Shown here: in pieces, positions 15,001-26,300 of the stretch
How the letters are laid out: each line of letters begins with the position of its first letter
Numbering within the stretch: the first letter of the stretch is position 1
Assembly (NCBI GenBank): GCA_051294905.1
Contig: CM119385.1
Coordinates: 11,222,001-11,286,000, forward strand
From: Botryllus schlosseri
Lineage: Eukaryota
Reading direction: 5' to 3'
Length of the DNA: 64,000 bases
Notes under the pieces: model-generated
What the model saw: only the letters and a program-made list of their open reading frames with translations
Told to the model about the DNA's origin: nothing
The model's database searches: none
Translations under genes and position numbers: made by a program

Positions 15001-15519
15001 TGATGTGCTACTATAACAACACTAGGACTATATGTACTGAATTATTTGTACATTTGAATGGATATCATATAATCTCTCTTGTTTTAATTTTTTATATATT
15101 TTATTTTACAATATACCATGCAGTTATATTCAAAGTAGATTTGATGTAATTGTAATTCTAAGCATAGAATAGCTTGTTGCTATAAAATAGGATTCTGATC
15201 CAAGAAAACCAGCTACTAAACATTGCATCTATACCGCGAAAACATATTATTTTATGTGCATATTGCCCATAATTTTGCTTCGGAAATTTCGCATGGCCAA
15301 AATTGAAATAAAAAGAAATTTTCAGGATGATGTGAGGTGATATCCTGAGATAATTTTATTAAGACTCACTTCTGTCACTGGAGCGTGGAATCGAATTTTC
15401 TTGCTACCTTTACTGATAACAAGCACCTTTAATTCTGTTTGGAGAACTTTCCCTACTTCTGCATCGGGGAATTCGATGATCGGTGGCTCTATCCGTACAC
15501 CAGCCACATCTCCGTCCAT
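31..15519 (-). CDS. CFAP47: Cilia- and flagella-associated protein 47, N-terminal ~1198 codons (23 exons; gene continues beyond the window start)
   Basis: Phase-consistent GT-AG exons in transcript order: 15370-15519 (ATG 15519, MDGDVAGVRIEPPIIEFPD), 14808-14962, 13942-14196, 12793-13018, 11515-11669, 10538-10674, 9029-9258, 7959-8137, 7813-7896, 6922-7116, 6766-6863, 5410-5576, 4728-4847, 4544-4671, 3358-3489, 3152-3290, 2969-3085, 2142-2327, 1869-1997, 1516-1663, 1243-1343, 695-897, 31-192. Joined frame stays open. Peptides such as PFGPAYYGTD, RYTYTDPDYTY, ELRQTSPLSQVLPP, RRIQFGSVPLNMRTVR and YDFNLPVTIN recall CFAP47 Ig-like/ASH repeats (recognised from memory). Confidence 0.9.
498..519. 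repeat. (TA)n microsatellite in a CFAP47 intron
   Basis: Run of atatat... at 498-519. Confidence 0.9.
5592..6462 (+). mobile_element. Internally deleted hAT DNA transposon
   Basis: Terminal inverted repeat TAGGGCAATT (5592) / AATTGCCCTA (ends 6462), GTCAAAAT-rich subterminal repeats at both ends, transposase C-terminal remnant inside. No intact TSD seen. Confidence 0.75.
5912..6163 (+). pseudogene. hAT transposase C-terminal dimerisation-domain fragment
   Basis: ORF peptide CQPTTAAAERSFSILGKLLSKDRHFLPENAGKYLSLYYN contains the ERxFS motif of hAT dimerisation domains; no catalytic core upstream. Confidence 0.75.
6466..6713. mobile_element. Tol2-like non-autonomous hAT element
   Basis: Ends CATAGGTAGTCAGTA / TACTTTGACCACCTCTG; interior rich in AAGTA/TACTT motifs; starts 3 bp after the TAGGGC element. 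Confidence 0.6.
7491..7700. mobile_element. Small MITE-like inverted-repeat element, superfamily unresolved
   Basis: ATCAGAAAGTTAGCTTATCCGCGA (from 7499) is an imperfect inverted copy of TCGCCCAGATAAGCAAACTTTATGAT (ends ~7692). Confidence 0.4.
8330..8773 (+). mobile_element. 5'-truncated L2/CR1-type LINE 3' end (family A)
   Basis: Encodes HRCIKYAGPDVWNSIPPAFRQSTSMSTFKSKYKQLLPNEY*, typical of the L2/CR1 ORF2 terminus, then a 3'UTR, AATAAA and a (TGA)n tail. Confidence 0.7.
9400..10507 (+). mobile_element. L2/CR1-type LINE 3' end (family B), interrupted by insertions
   Basis: Segments ~9400-9464, ~10001-10270 and ~10415-10507 match the copy at 52700-53184 (CTACTTACCCC..CCCAATAG, AACACTGTT.CCCTAC...GCCCAGACATTG, ATACCGAATACC, GATGAAAA(A)TAAAGAC). 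Confidence 0.65.
9678..9862. repeat. 46-bp minisatellite, 4 copies
   Basis: Units start at 9678, 9724, 9770 and 9816; consensus GTATGTTGCTGTTGCTGTACTATGTGTCTGCTATCTTCATCAAGTT. Confidence 0.9.
11005..11452. mobile_element. Tol2-like non-autonomous hAT element
   Basis: Ends CGGAGGTGGTCAAAGTA / TGACCACTTATG; internal GATGCATCTTTGCGACTA recurs in reverse orientation in the 13139-13624 copy. Confidence 0.6.
11707..11815. mobile_element. Tol2-like hAT element end (possible partner end near 12754)
   Basis: CAGAGGTGGTCAGAGTA followed by CTACTCAAGTAGAAGT repeats; TACTGACCACCGTG at 12741-12754 may be the other end, but no TSD supports it. Confidence 0.45.
13139..13624. mobile_element. Tol2-like non-autonomous hAT element
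   Basis: Ends CAGGAGGTGGTG / TACTTTGATCACCTCT, AAGTA/TACTT subterminal repeats, shared core with 11005-11452. Confidence 0.55.
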
Positions 15520-15662
15520 TTTTATCTCTTTTATTCAATGTTCTGACATTGTCCAAGTATAATTGCTGATAACGTTTTGTCTCAACGAATATGTAGGGAT
15601 GAGACAAATAAGCTAGCACTGTTTACAGATTTCCCCTACATACGCATCATGATCAGCAAAAC

Positions 15663-15676
15663 GATACCATGGCAAC
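15663..15676. promoter_or_regulatory. RFX X-box-like motif upstream of CFAP47
   Basis: GATACCATGGCAAC (GTTGCCATGGTATC on minus), one mismatch from a canonical X-box such as GTTGCCATGGTAAC, ~145 bp upstream of the CFAP47 ATG. RFX control of ciliary genes is established. Confidence 0.65.
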
Positions 15677-16915
15677 CGCTTCTTTCCACTTCATTGATTA
15701 AAGTCGATTCTTGAACATTGCTCAGTGATTCCGACCTTTGAGAATGCCGATTTTTAGTAAATTTCTCATGTTTACTGAATACAGGATAAGTTTTGGCAAT
15801 GTGGAGATATTGCTGGACTGCAAATCCAAATAGGATATCCACACTATACGGCAGGGCTTCATTGGTTGGGTCCGGCCCGGTTCTGATTTTGTAGTTTCGC
15901 GTTCGCTATATGTAAATCGTGAAGAATATCAAATGCATCTCCCACTGTGCTTCCACAAGGGCCATTATTTACTGCAATTATCACAACGCACATGAAGATG
16001 TACATTTGTTTGACAACAACTATTCGCATTATTATCTTATTGCTTCACACATTTCACTGCCTGGTACAGTGCAATAAAGAAAAAAAAATAATGTGTGATG
16101 CGTTCGGAATCACCGCATAACACCACTGAGCTATATAAACACATGCAAATAGATTTCTAGCCGCTGCAGATATGTAATCAAAATTTCGTTTGCATTTGGG
16201 GCATATGGTGGCGCTATCGCAGCACACTAGTCACTGAAGCATATCGCCACAATACCATTCCGTAACTCGACGTTATCGATGCGCGTTTCCGTAACTGTTT
16301 TTTATGGCAGTTTTCGTATAATATTAGGAGTCCGTCAGAGTGATTTTAGCAATTATTTTATGCAGCATTCAGATAATTATTTTTAGCTTCAGTTATTCAA
16401 CGATTTGACCGTGATTGCGGGCAATAGATACCTGCACCGGCGTATTGCTGCTATATACATACACGCAGTTTCATTCGTTTTATAAATATGAATATTTTCG
16501 TTTATTTCAAAATATCCCAAGATTGCGATGAAATGAATTGATAGGAAGGAGTTGAAACGGCTTGTAATATTTCTTCAATCAGACACCCACCTTTGGCCTA
16601 CAACATCTGAATGTGAGGCGTGTGCAAGGATGAATGAGAAAGTAATGGAAGCCGCCCCTGGAAGGTTACATAACATGAATTATAGACAGCCAGACAGAGA
16701 CAGGCAATCAAAAATGAATGGCATTACAAATTCATCGATGCATGATTTATTTTTCCCTTTAAATGATCTCATATAACATCAATCATCGTGCTTATTTAAC
16801 AAATATATAGCCTATAATTTATATGTCTCTATAGAATAAATTTTAAAAAAAGTAACATCATTTAATTGTAATTTACAGACATTCTGAATAGCAACGATCA
16901 TACAGGTTCCGAAAG

Positions 16916-18283
16916 ATGTCTGAAGAAGTCACCAAGCACTCGGTCCACACTCTGGTATTCCGTTCCTTGAAGCGATCTCACGACATGTTCGTCTCCGACC
17001 AAGCGTCTCCTCTCGGAGTAATAAAGGAGGCCGCCATGATTCGTAGAAACTCTAAAATGCGCAGTGCTTACGGTCCCGTACTTCACATGCCGACAAATAG
17101 AGAGACAAAGACCAAAGATGAACGTACATCGACAAAGAACAAAGAAGAAAGTAAATTGGTATCAAGCAATCACGATATGGAAACGGATAATGTCCAGAAT
17201 AATTTCCAAAAAGTAGACAATTCTGGAAAGGCTTTGGTCGCAGTTAATAATAACACCAAGTCATTATCAGTAATGCGTAAAGCGCCCGTAATGCCAAAGC
17301 CCAAGTGGCATCCGCCATGGAAACTCTACCGGGTTATAAGCGGTCATCTTGGTTGGGTAAGATGTGCCACACTTGAACCCGGTAATGAATGGTTCGCCAC
17401 CGGTTCCAATGACCGCACCATTAAAATCTGGGATTTAGCCAGCTGTCAGTTAAAACTCTCCCTAACTGGTCACATAAGCACAGTACGAGGACTTGTGGTT
17501 AGCGCTCGCAATCCATACCTGTTTTCTTGTGGAGAAGACAAACTAGTCAAGTGCTGGGACTTGGAACAGAACAAAGTAGTGCGACACTATCACGGTCATT
17601 TGAGTGCTTGTTACGGCATGGATCTCCATCCGACAATTGACATTTTAGTGACTTGTGGACGAGATTCAGTCGCGAGGGTTTGGGATATGAGAACAAAAGC
17701 CAATATCATGACATTAGCGGGACATTCCAACACCGTAGCGGCCGTGAAGTGTCAAAGCGTCGAGCCTCAGATCATCACCGCATCGCACGATTGCACGGTA
17801 AGGCTTTGGGATTTAGCTGCCGGGAAGACCAGAGCAGTGCTCACCAATCATAAGAAAAGTGTCAGGGCACTGGCATTACACCCACGCCAGTACACGTTTG
17901 CAAGCGCCTCCCCTGACAATATAAAACAGTGGAAATTTCCCGACGGAAATTTCATCCAAAATCTCTCCGGACACAATTCCATCGTTAATTGCCTCGCTGT
18001 TAATTCCGACGGGGTGCTGGTGTCTGGCGCTGATAATGGAACGCTTCATATGTGGGACTGGCGTACCGGGGCGAATTTTCAGAGGACAAAGGCACCTGTG
18101 CAACCGGGGTCCCTTGACAGCGAAAGTGGAATTTATGCTGCTACCTTTGACCGTAGCGGAAGCAGGTTGATAACTTGCGAAGCTGATAAGACAATCAAAA
18201 TTTACAAGGAGGATGAAGAAGCCACGGAAGAAACCAATCCTGTTGTGTGGAAGCCGGAGATTGCCAGACGAAAAAGGTTCTAA
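16916..18283 (+). CDS. PLRG1: Pleiotropic regulator 1 (Prp46), WD40 subunit of the Prp19/CDC5L splicing complex; single coding exon, 455 aa
   Basis: N-terminus [25 protein letters not shown], then [22 protein letters not shown], tandem WD40 repeats and C-terminal [11 protein letters not shown], all characteristic of PLRG1; intact ORF. Confidence 0.97.
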   Translation: MSEEVTKHSVHTLVFRSLKRSHDMFVSDQASPLGVIKEAAMIRRNSKMRSAYGPVLHMPTNRETKTKDERTSTKNKEESKLVSSNHDMETDNVQNNFQKVDNSGKALVAVNNNTKSLSVMRKAPVMPKPKWHPPWKLYRVISGHLGWVRCATLEPGNEWFATGSNDRTIKIWDLASCQLKLSLTGHISTVRGLVVSARNPYLFSCGEDKLVKCWDLEQNKVVRHYHGHLSACYGMDLHPTIDILVTCGRDSVARVWDMRTKANIMTLAGHSNTVAAVKCQSVEPQIITASHDCTVRLWDLAAGKTRAVLTNHKKSVRALALHPRQYTFASASPDNIKQWKFPDGNFIQNLSGHNSIVNCLAVNSDGVLVSGADNGTLHMWDWRTGANFQRTKAPVQPGSLDSESGIYAATFDRSGSRLITCEADKTIKIYKEDEEATEETNPVVWKPEIARRKRF

Positions 18284-19649
18284 AGATTAACGGCTTGGAT
18301 CAATCGACTGGATGGCGTGAGCTGTATTCGAAGTTTACGTCGATATGCTGCATTCTAAACAATTTAATAGTTTTTATATGCAATGAATTGAATGCCTCGA
18401 CTAGGAAGCAGTCATGTCCAGTATTTTCAACCAAATGTCTCTGGAAATATTGTATTGAAACAAAATTGTACTATGGTATATTGGTACCACTACTGCACAG
18501 GGCTGGTCAGTGACAAACTTTATGGAGGCGGAACCACTTTGGACAGCATGTTCAATTTGTTCATGTGTGTGAGTTTTTATTGATTTCATTCATACCGCCA
18601 CTGAGCTATTAGGTGTGTCACCCCACAAATTCACTTTTGATATGGAATGTCCTTGTACTATGTACGATTGTACGTACACAGATTGACATCTATGTCAATG
18701 TCACAAGTTCTGTTTCTTTCACTACTAAAATAAAATGTTGATTCAGGTAAATGATTTTGTAAGTTTACTGAAAAATCGCCTGTGTTTTTTATCCACTTTG
18801 TAATACCGTGATAGTAAATCACAAGGGCTATTTAATGTATTTATATAATTTTAATTACATTGCTGACTCGACCGATTTAGTCCGTGGATTCCGTGTTTCT
18901 CGTAACGGAACGCTTGTTGATGTTAGGATGCATGGTTAAAATAAACTGCTTTTATTGAATTTGATTTGACAACAGCGTGAATGGTTACGAGCTACGGCAT
19001 AAGGAAAAGGTGAGAACGGGGATAGATCAGTGAAGGCCTAGGGCACAGTCTAGGTGTCACAGACATTCAAATGTTGATTTCAGAGACGGAAAGAGATAAA
19101 TCACTTCATATACCTACCTAATCGAATCGTGTGGTCGTGTGAAAACAGGGTAATTCGAATACTTTCCGCTTGGTGTCGCAGGTTATGTTCGGTGGTGAAG
19201 CTGATTGAAGCACTCACTCATAATTAAGGATCATGATATTTGTGAAAAAGCGTCTTACACTGACGGATGACGAATGTTAATTACGTATCAATCGACACGC
19301 GAAGCCCACATAATATATATGCGGGGGATTTCGAAGTCTTGTGTCGATTAGAACAGCAAATACCGTTTCATTATGGATTTATAGGCTATAAGGTTTCTTC
19401 CAGGGTGTCATAAAGCTTTCCGACCGTAATGCGGTCTTTCACGCGCGCAGTCCCGGACTATCCCAGTATATAGCTCTAGAAAACATGCACTTAGTCTCCG
19501 TGATCAGAAGTATAACCGATTTTGATTCTAGACTTGCCCTTTCTATTTACTTCGGACTAGGCGGGTATCATAGTCCTACGCTGCATGCTGTATTTGCTGG
19601 TATATGTGTGTCAGTGTGGTAAAATATCACATCACGCATGAGTTATGAC

Positions 19650-19780
19650 TAGGGCGATGTTTTTTACCTACAAAACGGAAGATTTTGCCCTAAAAAATTC
19701 AAAATTTTTACATTTTTTGACCTAACGCTACAATTTTGACAAAATTTGAATTTTTTGACATGTCTAAAAAAATCACCCTG
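19650..19780. mobile_element. 131-bp MITE of the TAGGGC hAT family
   Basis: Ends TAGGGCGATG / AATCACCCTG; flanks GTTATGAC / GCTATGAC (7/8 TSD); matches the ends of the 5592-6462 element in reverse orientation. Confidence 0.75.
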
Positions 19781-20301
19781 GCTATGACAATAAGCGATTG
19801 AAACGTACTCCTAATATTGCCTGCAAGAACTGGATAGACGAAAGGATATTTATTGGCTTATTGAACCTAAAGTCCCTTTTGTAACGTCATTCAACAGATA
19901 TTAGATTTTAAATTAGTTTAAAATGAAATGTAATAATTGGAGAACAGCTGCGCGTTAATAACAACCAGAGCACAGTGCATGCTGTTTGCATGTGACATAT
20001 GCAATATGCATTTACAACTTACCCGGCAGTATCGACACGAGTCTTGTTGAAGCGACAGACGAAGCGGAATATTCGCGTTTTGCTTAACGCCATTACTCCG
20101 CAGAGCATGACGCGGCGAAGCGAGGCCTTCGGGGTCCGTTCACAATCAGATATCGCCAGACGCTGTACAAGTAGCACGAATTTTCTACATAAGTAGACAG
20201 ATGCGTGTGCCGTGGTAAAGAAAGAAAATCTCTGGTTGCGTCTCAGAATCTGACACTATATTTCTGCGGCGAGGTAATTCCAGTCAGGAAAGAGTTCCAA
20301 A

Positions 20302-23300
20302 ATGTCAACGGGAAACTACGACGATGGTGAGATATACTACGATAATATGGAAATAGCGGAAAATATCCAGAAGGTGAAAAATGCTAAGGCAAAGAAGAGT
20401 AACCCGCCAATACCATCTCAGCCTCCACCTACGATCGTCAATAACCCGCCTCGATTGCCTCCTAAAAAGAAGAATCTCGGAAAGCCCCCAGTGATTATCA
20501 CAGCAAAACCACCCACCAAACCTTCACTATTGAAGAATAATTCCAACAATATTAGCTCAAAGGATAGCAAAAAGCAAAAGACACCGCCAAAGCAGCTTTC
20601 GATACCGAATCCATCAGTTCAAAGCACTCCGAAGGACAAGGGAATTCCGTCGAATTTTTCACCTCAAGTCAAGACTTCACCTTCGCCACCAGAATCCACG
20701 AACAGAGGAAGCAAAAAAGTAGTGCAGCAAATCTCAACTCCACCGAAGAAGAACGCCATCCCACAATCCCCGATAAACCCTAAACCCTCGCAAGTGTGGA
20801 GTCATCCGAGCTTGCTGAGAACAAGGTCTATAGTTGAAGAGCCTTTAGCTCCTATTGTGGAAGAAGATACGGCGTCGGAAATATCGCCAAGAAGCAGCAT
20901 TGCCGATGAATATTCGTTACAACATTCTCGAAAGAATTCCGAGGACGGATCTGCTCGCTGCGATTCCCAAGAGTCGATACCTAATGCATATATCCAATCT
21001 AAATCTAATATTACGAAACAAAGAGAAGTGATATCGTCGTCGAGTGGTGGCGGCTTCCATTCTGGTTCTACATATTCCAACACTGGTCAAGTACAGGCAA
21101 ATAAACCCAGTAAGGAGTTGGAAATTGACGATGACGGCTCCGTAAAACCATATGGCATGGTCGATATACAACGTGAAAACAATCACAGCCTCACGCACAA
21201 TGGGATTTCGGCAAGATCTGGTCAAAATCGACAAGAATCGGATTTTCCTATGAACGAAAGTCCGGAAACTTCCACGGCCTTAGATAAAACTGGTGAGTAG
21301 CCTTATGGGTGAAATTATATGTGCTAGGCCTATGCTGCTGCACAACAGATTACGTGCAGAGGTTTTGTCTTTTATAGTTGTTTATTACGAAGACTCCACT
21401 GTCATAACGACTCTCCCGATATAAAGAGGAGAAATTCACGCGATTTGGTGATTTATGACAGTAATGGCATCAGTATCATCCCAAATAGAAATACGCTGGG
21501 CTGCTATTGCAAAGCTTTGTCAGTTAACGCTTGCGGCAATAAGGCTAAGTTGTATCGATACGAATATTAATATTTTTATTAGCAACTTAAATCTTCAAAG
21601 TTTGCGGACAACTCGGGTTTGAAGCCTAAACTTGAATTATCCATATTAACTATTTATAGACGCAAACACTCGGAATTCCCGCCATTCTCGTGGTCACGTA
21701 CAAGACGCTAGGAATTTATCTGCGTTGAATGTTCAATATTCATTTATAAGGCGATTGATCCTTGCCAAAAGTAAATTTATATTAAGCTACATGAAATATC
21801 TATGAATATTTTATTGCTTTTATCCATTCACGTTACATGAAATTCGATGATATGATTCGACCCCTCTGTCCCGTAACATGCGATACGTCGCCACATTAGG
21901 CTGTGTGTGTAACCTAACTTCAGTTTACTCTACTTCCCCCGTTTAGTAAATAGATCCGACGCTGTATCGTGAAGTGGGGCCATACTCCGCGACCAGAATC
22001 AGGTATTTTGGACACTAAAATTGAAGACACGCGCTAATGCAATACAACAAAGAATTCGTAAGGGTTATCAACAAATCCACGCAAAATCGCCCACCGCATC
22101 GATCATTCGGCCCGTATCAATTCCGTTCATAAATGATATACATGCCTCATTTCCAAACTGTGCAATGTATAGTGTATATCTATCTGTGATGAAGGGATAC
22201 TTTCGCTCAAATTCAACGAATTAAAAACATGTACTATATAGGCTTATTTGCAAAATGATTGACAGCTCGGAATTAAAGCAACATGCCTGACTTGGACAAG
22301 TATATAATTTTAGTTGTTTAACTCGACTAATTAGAACGAAACGTCGATAATCCAATTCTAATCTAATTTGTGAATTGTTTCCATACTCTAATTTTGATTC
22401 AAATCCACTTTTTTTCTGAAAATGTTACAGGAGAACTGTATAGTTAGGGTTGCATTTAAAAAACTGGTGGTTTAAAGCATGTTTTAAACTATGTTTTAAA
22501 CAAAGGCCCTTTAAAAAAAATTGTGTTTTTCAAGTCGTAAAATCAAGCCATAATTGTGTAAATACTTTCCAAAAAACAAGTTGAATGAGCCTGCGGACAA
22601 TTACCACCCGATATAGCAGACGTATACTATATATGGGATGGATGGAACCCTCAAAATAGTCGGTTCAACAGCTATAGTACGTAGATATCTCGTCAAAGGA
22701 GCTCTATTTACCCTATATTTTCAATTGTCAATGTCAATCAACTATGACGTCACAATTGAACATTCGTGACGTCATGGCTTTGAAAAAAAAGAATAAAAAA
22801 TAGGGCCTTGTTTTAAACATGTTTGTTTTAAATTGATTTTTGCTTTAAAAGAAACCCTATGTATAGTAGTGCGAAACGAGCTAAGATTAGTGTACAGACA
22901 TTTTCCGTTCTTATGCATACGACAATGATCTCTGATTTGATATCAACTGAGCTTAATTTAGTTTGGAATTCAATTTAATTATTAAATTTTTGCGAATTCA
23001 ATAATGGTAATTGTGTGTAATATAGCTATATAATTATAATTATGATCTGATTTGGAAATGCTAAAAATTTTCTAGTTGTCATACACTGTTGTATGCATAT
23101 TTATTTATGATATTCTGACGATCATATATTTGTACGAAGGTACACCAAGCCTAGCCCAAGAAGCATCAAGAAACCATGCCGATTTGGGTCACAGCAGCGA
23201 AGATAGCGGTAGCGGTGTCTGCGCCTACATGTCAATCCCCATCCAAATGCAGACAGGCAGCTTCGAAAACGCACCTCAAAACAAAGCCAGAAATGAAAAA

Positions 23301-26300
23301 CCCGCGGTGAAGATCACCAACGACAAGGGCAAATACAAAGACGACGAATACATCTACGACGAAATCCAGGATTACAACAAAGACGCCGTCTCTTCGTGCG
23401 ACGACGCCATGCAGAAAGCGCTGGACGACATTAACGAAGTCTTGCAGTCCATGAATATAGAAGGCATCACGAAACCGATACCGCAACCCAGAGCGAGGCG
23501 TTTCCCTAAGGCGGCCGACGAAACGCCAAACTCAGAGGGCGTCGAGTATGATAATTTCGCAAGTCAAGCCGCAGAGCAAACCAAACTCGAACCAACCGGG
23601 CAGTCATCTGGTGGAAGAAAATACAACGGAGGACGGCAGGAAATGGCATTGCCTGCGCCTCCCGAACCACCTCCTTCCCCAAGCTTAAACCCTAAACGGG
23701 TTGATACGAACATCACTAAAAGCTCACCGACTCCCGTGCCGAGAGTAGATGTTAATTTTCAATTAGGCAGGCCTTCGTCGGATGAAAGCGACTCGCGAGA
23801 CCAGAATCGCACGGAAAACAAACCCAATCTGCAAGACGTAGAAACACCAACCTTGAATGACAAAACACATCAGCCTATCAGACCTTCGAAATCAAGAGAG
23901 TCGATCGCAAAGCGTGACTTTGAGTCGTCCTCGTCTCGACGAACTTCTCGGGATGTTGAAGAAAGTAGCGAAGCCGATTCGTGTAGTTACAGCGGTAAAC
24001 AGAGCGACACGACCTCCGGTATAGTGAAGTCAGCCGGTAACTCGATGAGCTCGCTGGAAAATCTGAGAGGCAGCACGAAGTCTTTAGGCCGAAGCAGCTC
24101 GTTCGATCGCAAAAAGTCGTCGTCGTTCAGGTCCAAGTTCAAGTTCAGAATGCGCTCGAAATCGCAAGACAGATATCGGGAGGACTCCGATTCCTTGGGA
24201 CATGTATCCGGAGTCAGCGACGCGGAAGAAAAATCCAAAAGCCCGCGGCAGAGAGGTTCGCGATTACGCCGACGTCTGTCCCGCAAACGAATGGAAAACA
24301 AGGAAGCAGCTGAGACAAAGAGCGTGGAAGAGTTCAAAGTGACGTCACAAAGCCGCCCGTCTCCATCCGTCAGTTTCATTCGGAAGCTGCTGAGGAAATC
24401 GAAACAGAGCAGCAGCGAGCGGCCGGTCTCGTACGGGAAACCTGTGATAGCGACACCCACTACAGGTTAGGGTTCGTCAGTAACGAATACTTCTACTTTT
24501 TCGAAGTAATCAAGTAGGTTTTGCTACATCCGATTATGCTTACCAGTTTTTGGTTTTTAGGAAAATCTAGGCCTATTGAATACTTACTTGGATATCGCTG
24601 CTTCTGTTTGTACTTGAGAAAAATGCACGACTTTGTTTCCCGACGGCTCCGCAGCAGCAAGTGTTAAGTTATATGATGAAAAACTAAGCCAAATCTAAAT
24701 CAGCTGTGATATTAAGAGGTATTGATCACGCTATTCTCCAAAATGCTATTGTCTCCCAGTTTCACTGATAAAACAAATGGAATAATGTAAGGTTGAGATT
24801 TTTCTCCCAACCGTGAATATATTCCACATAATTTAACGTCGGTACAGCTCAAAGCAAATATCCGTGTGATTTTTTTTAATCCCCGGTTCAAAACATTCCG
24901 CTTGCAAGCATACCGGCATGTATAAGAAAGTAAAGAACGCCTTGTTTTGGAAACGCAGCCATTCAAAGCAAGGCAAGATTTTTATCACGTTCGTAACAAA
25001 GGATCAGGTTTGCCATCGTTTCATCGGAAACGAAACGCCAGACCTGCATCGGTGTGACGCAAATGCAGGCGCTCGAACATATCGCGCGTAAGACGCTGAT
25101 AGGAGTGTTCTACGTCACATTTAAATAGAGAAAGTGTCTGCACAATGAGCTTCTACGTACACTGTGTTGTCCACTTGAGCAGTCTCTATCCGTGGGTCAG
25201 TCTGATATCCATTTATAGCATTATCGACACTATGCGGAGAATGTGTTTTCTTTGAAAATACGGATACACGGAAAACTCCATTGCATCACCATTGACGTGA
25301 AAAAATGACCTTAAGCGTAACGGCACATTTTTACTGACCATACTGCATTTCATGAAAAGAGTCTCTAAAGATGATAGCAGCTCACATAGCATTTAAAATG
25401 CCGATCACATGCTTCTACCTTTAACAGAGATTTTCTCATTTTAAAAGGCTGCACTCACGAACCGCCACAAGGCCCGACAATGTTGAATCAGAAACGAAGA
25501 TTTATTGCGATTTGGCGTTAGAATTAACTGTTTTAGATGCGATAATTACAGTGCGGTGTCGCGAAATATCAGTGAGAATGTCTCACAGCTGCTTTTTTAC
25601 TGACATATCAACTTCTCTTAAGTAGGTTGTGCGACGTCTTATGACGGCTATTTCTATGTTCGAATAATTGAACACGGCGCACAATCTACTTGAGATAATA
25701 GTCGTCAGTATAAACAAGGAATCGGAATATTAAACATGCGAAACACAACACCACCAAGGATAACGCCGTAAATAAATCGCGACGCGTATAGGCCGTGCAG
25801 GTAACAGCAATATAATGTATTGATATAAATTTTGCCTGGGAGTTTTCTATCGACAATGCGAAAATACGCTGGCCATTAGTCGTGAATTACAGGGTGGCGG
25901 TGGGACGTTACTTCCGAAAGATCATCCCCCTAACAGCAAGACGTCTGTGACTTGCGTTAACTGTAAACAATTCGGCATACCTGTATCACGCGTCATACAT
26001 AATAACGCAATTACCATATTTACGATAGAGATGGCGTAGCACTAAGTTACTTCTCGCATCGGACTACATCGCTAATGCGGTCAAAGTGCCTTTCACCTTG
26101 CAATTGTTCAATGAAGTGTTACGACCTCGTAAATATGATAAAGAAATCTCTATTTTTGAATTATTATCAAATGGAATTGCATGATATATTCTGAATTTAA
26201 ATACATGTAAGGGATATTGACCGATCAAAAGTGCGCCGAAACGGATTGTATGTGACCACTGAATTGGTAATATTATTTGATGATATTTGAACAAGTGCTG

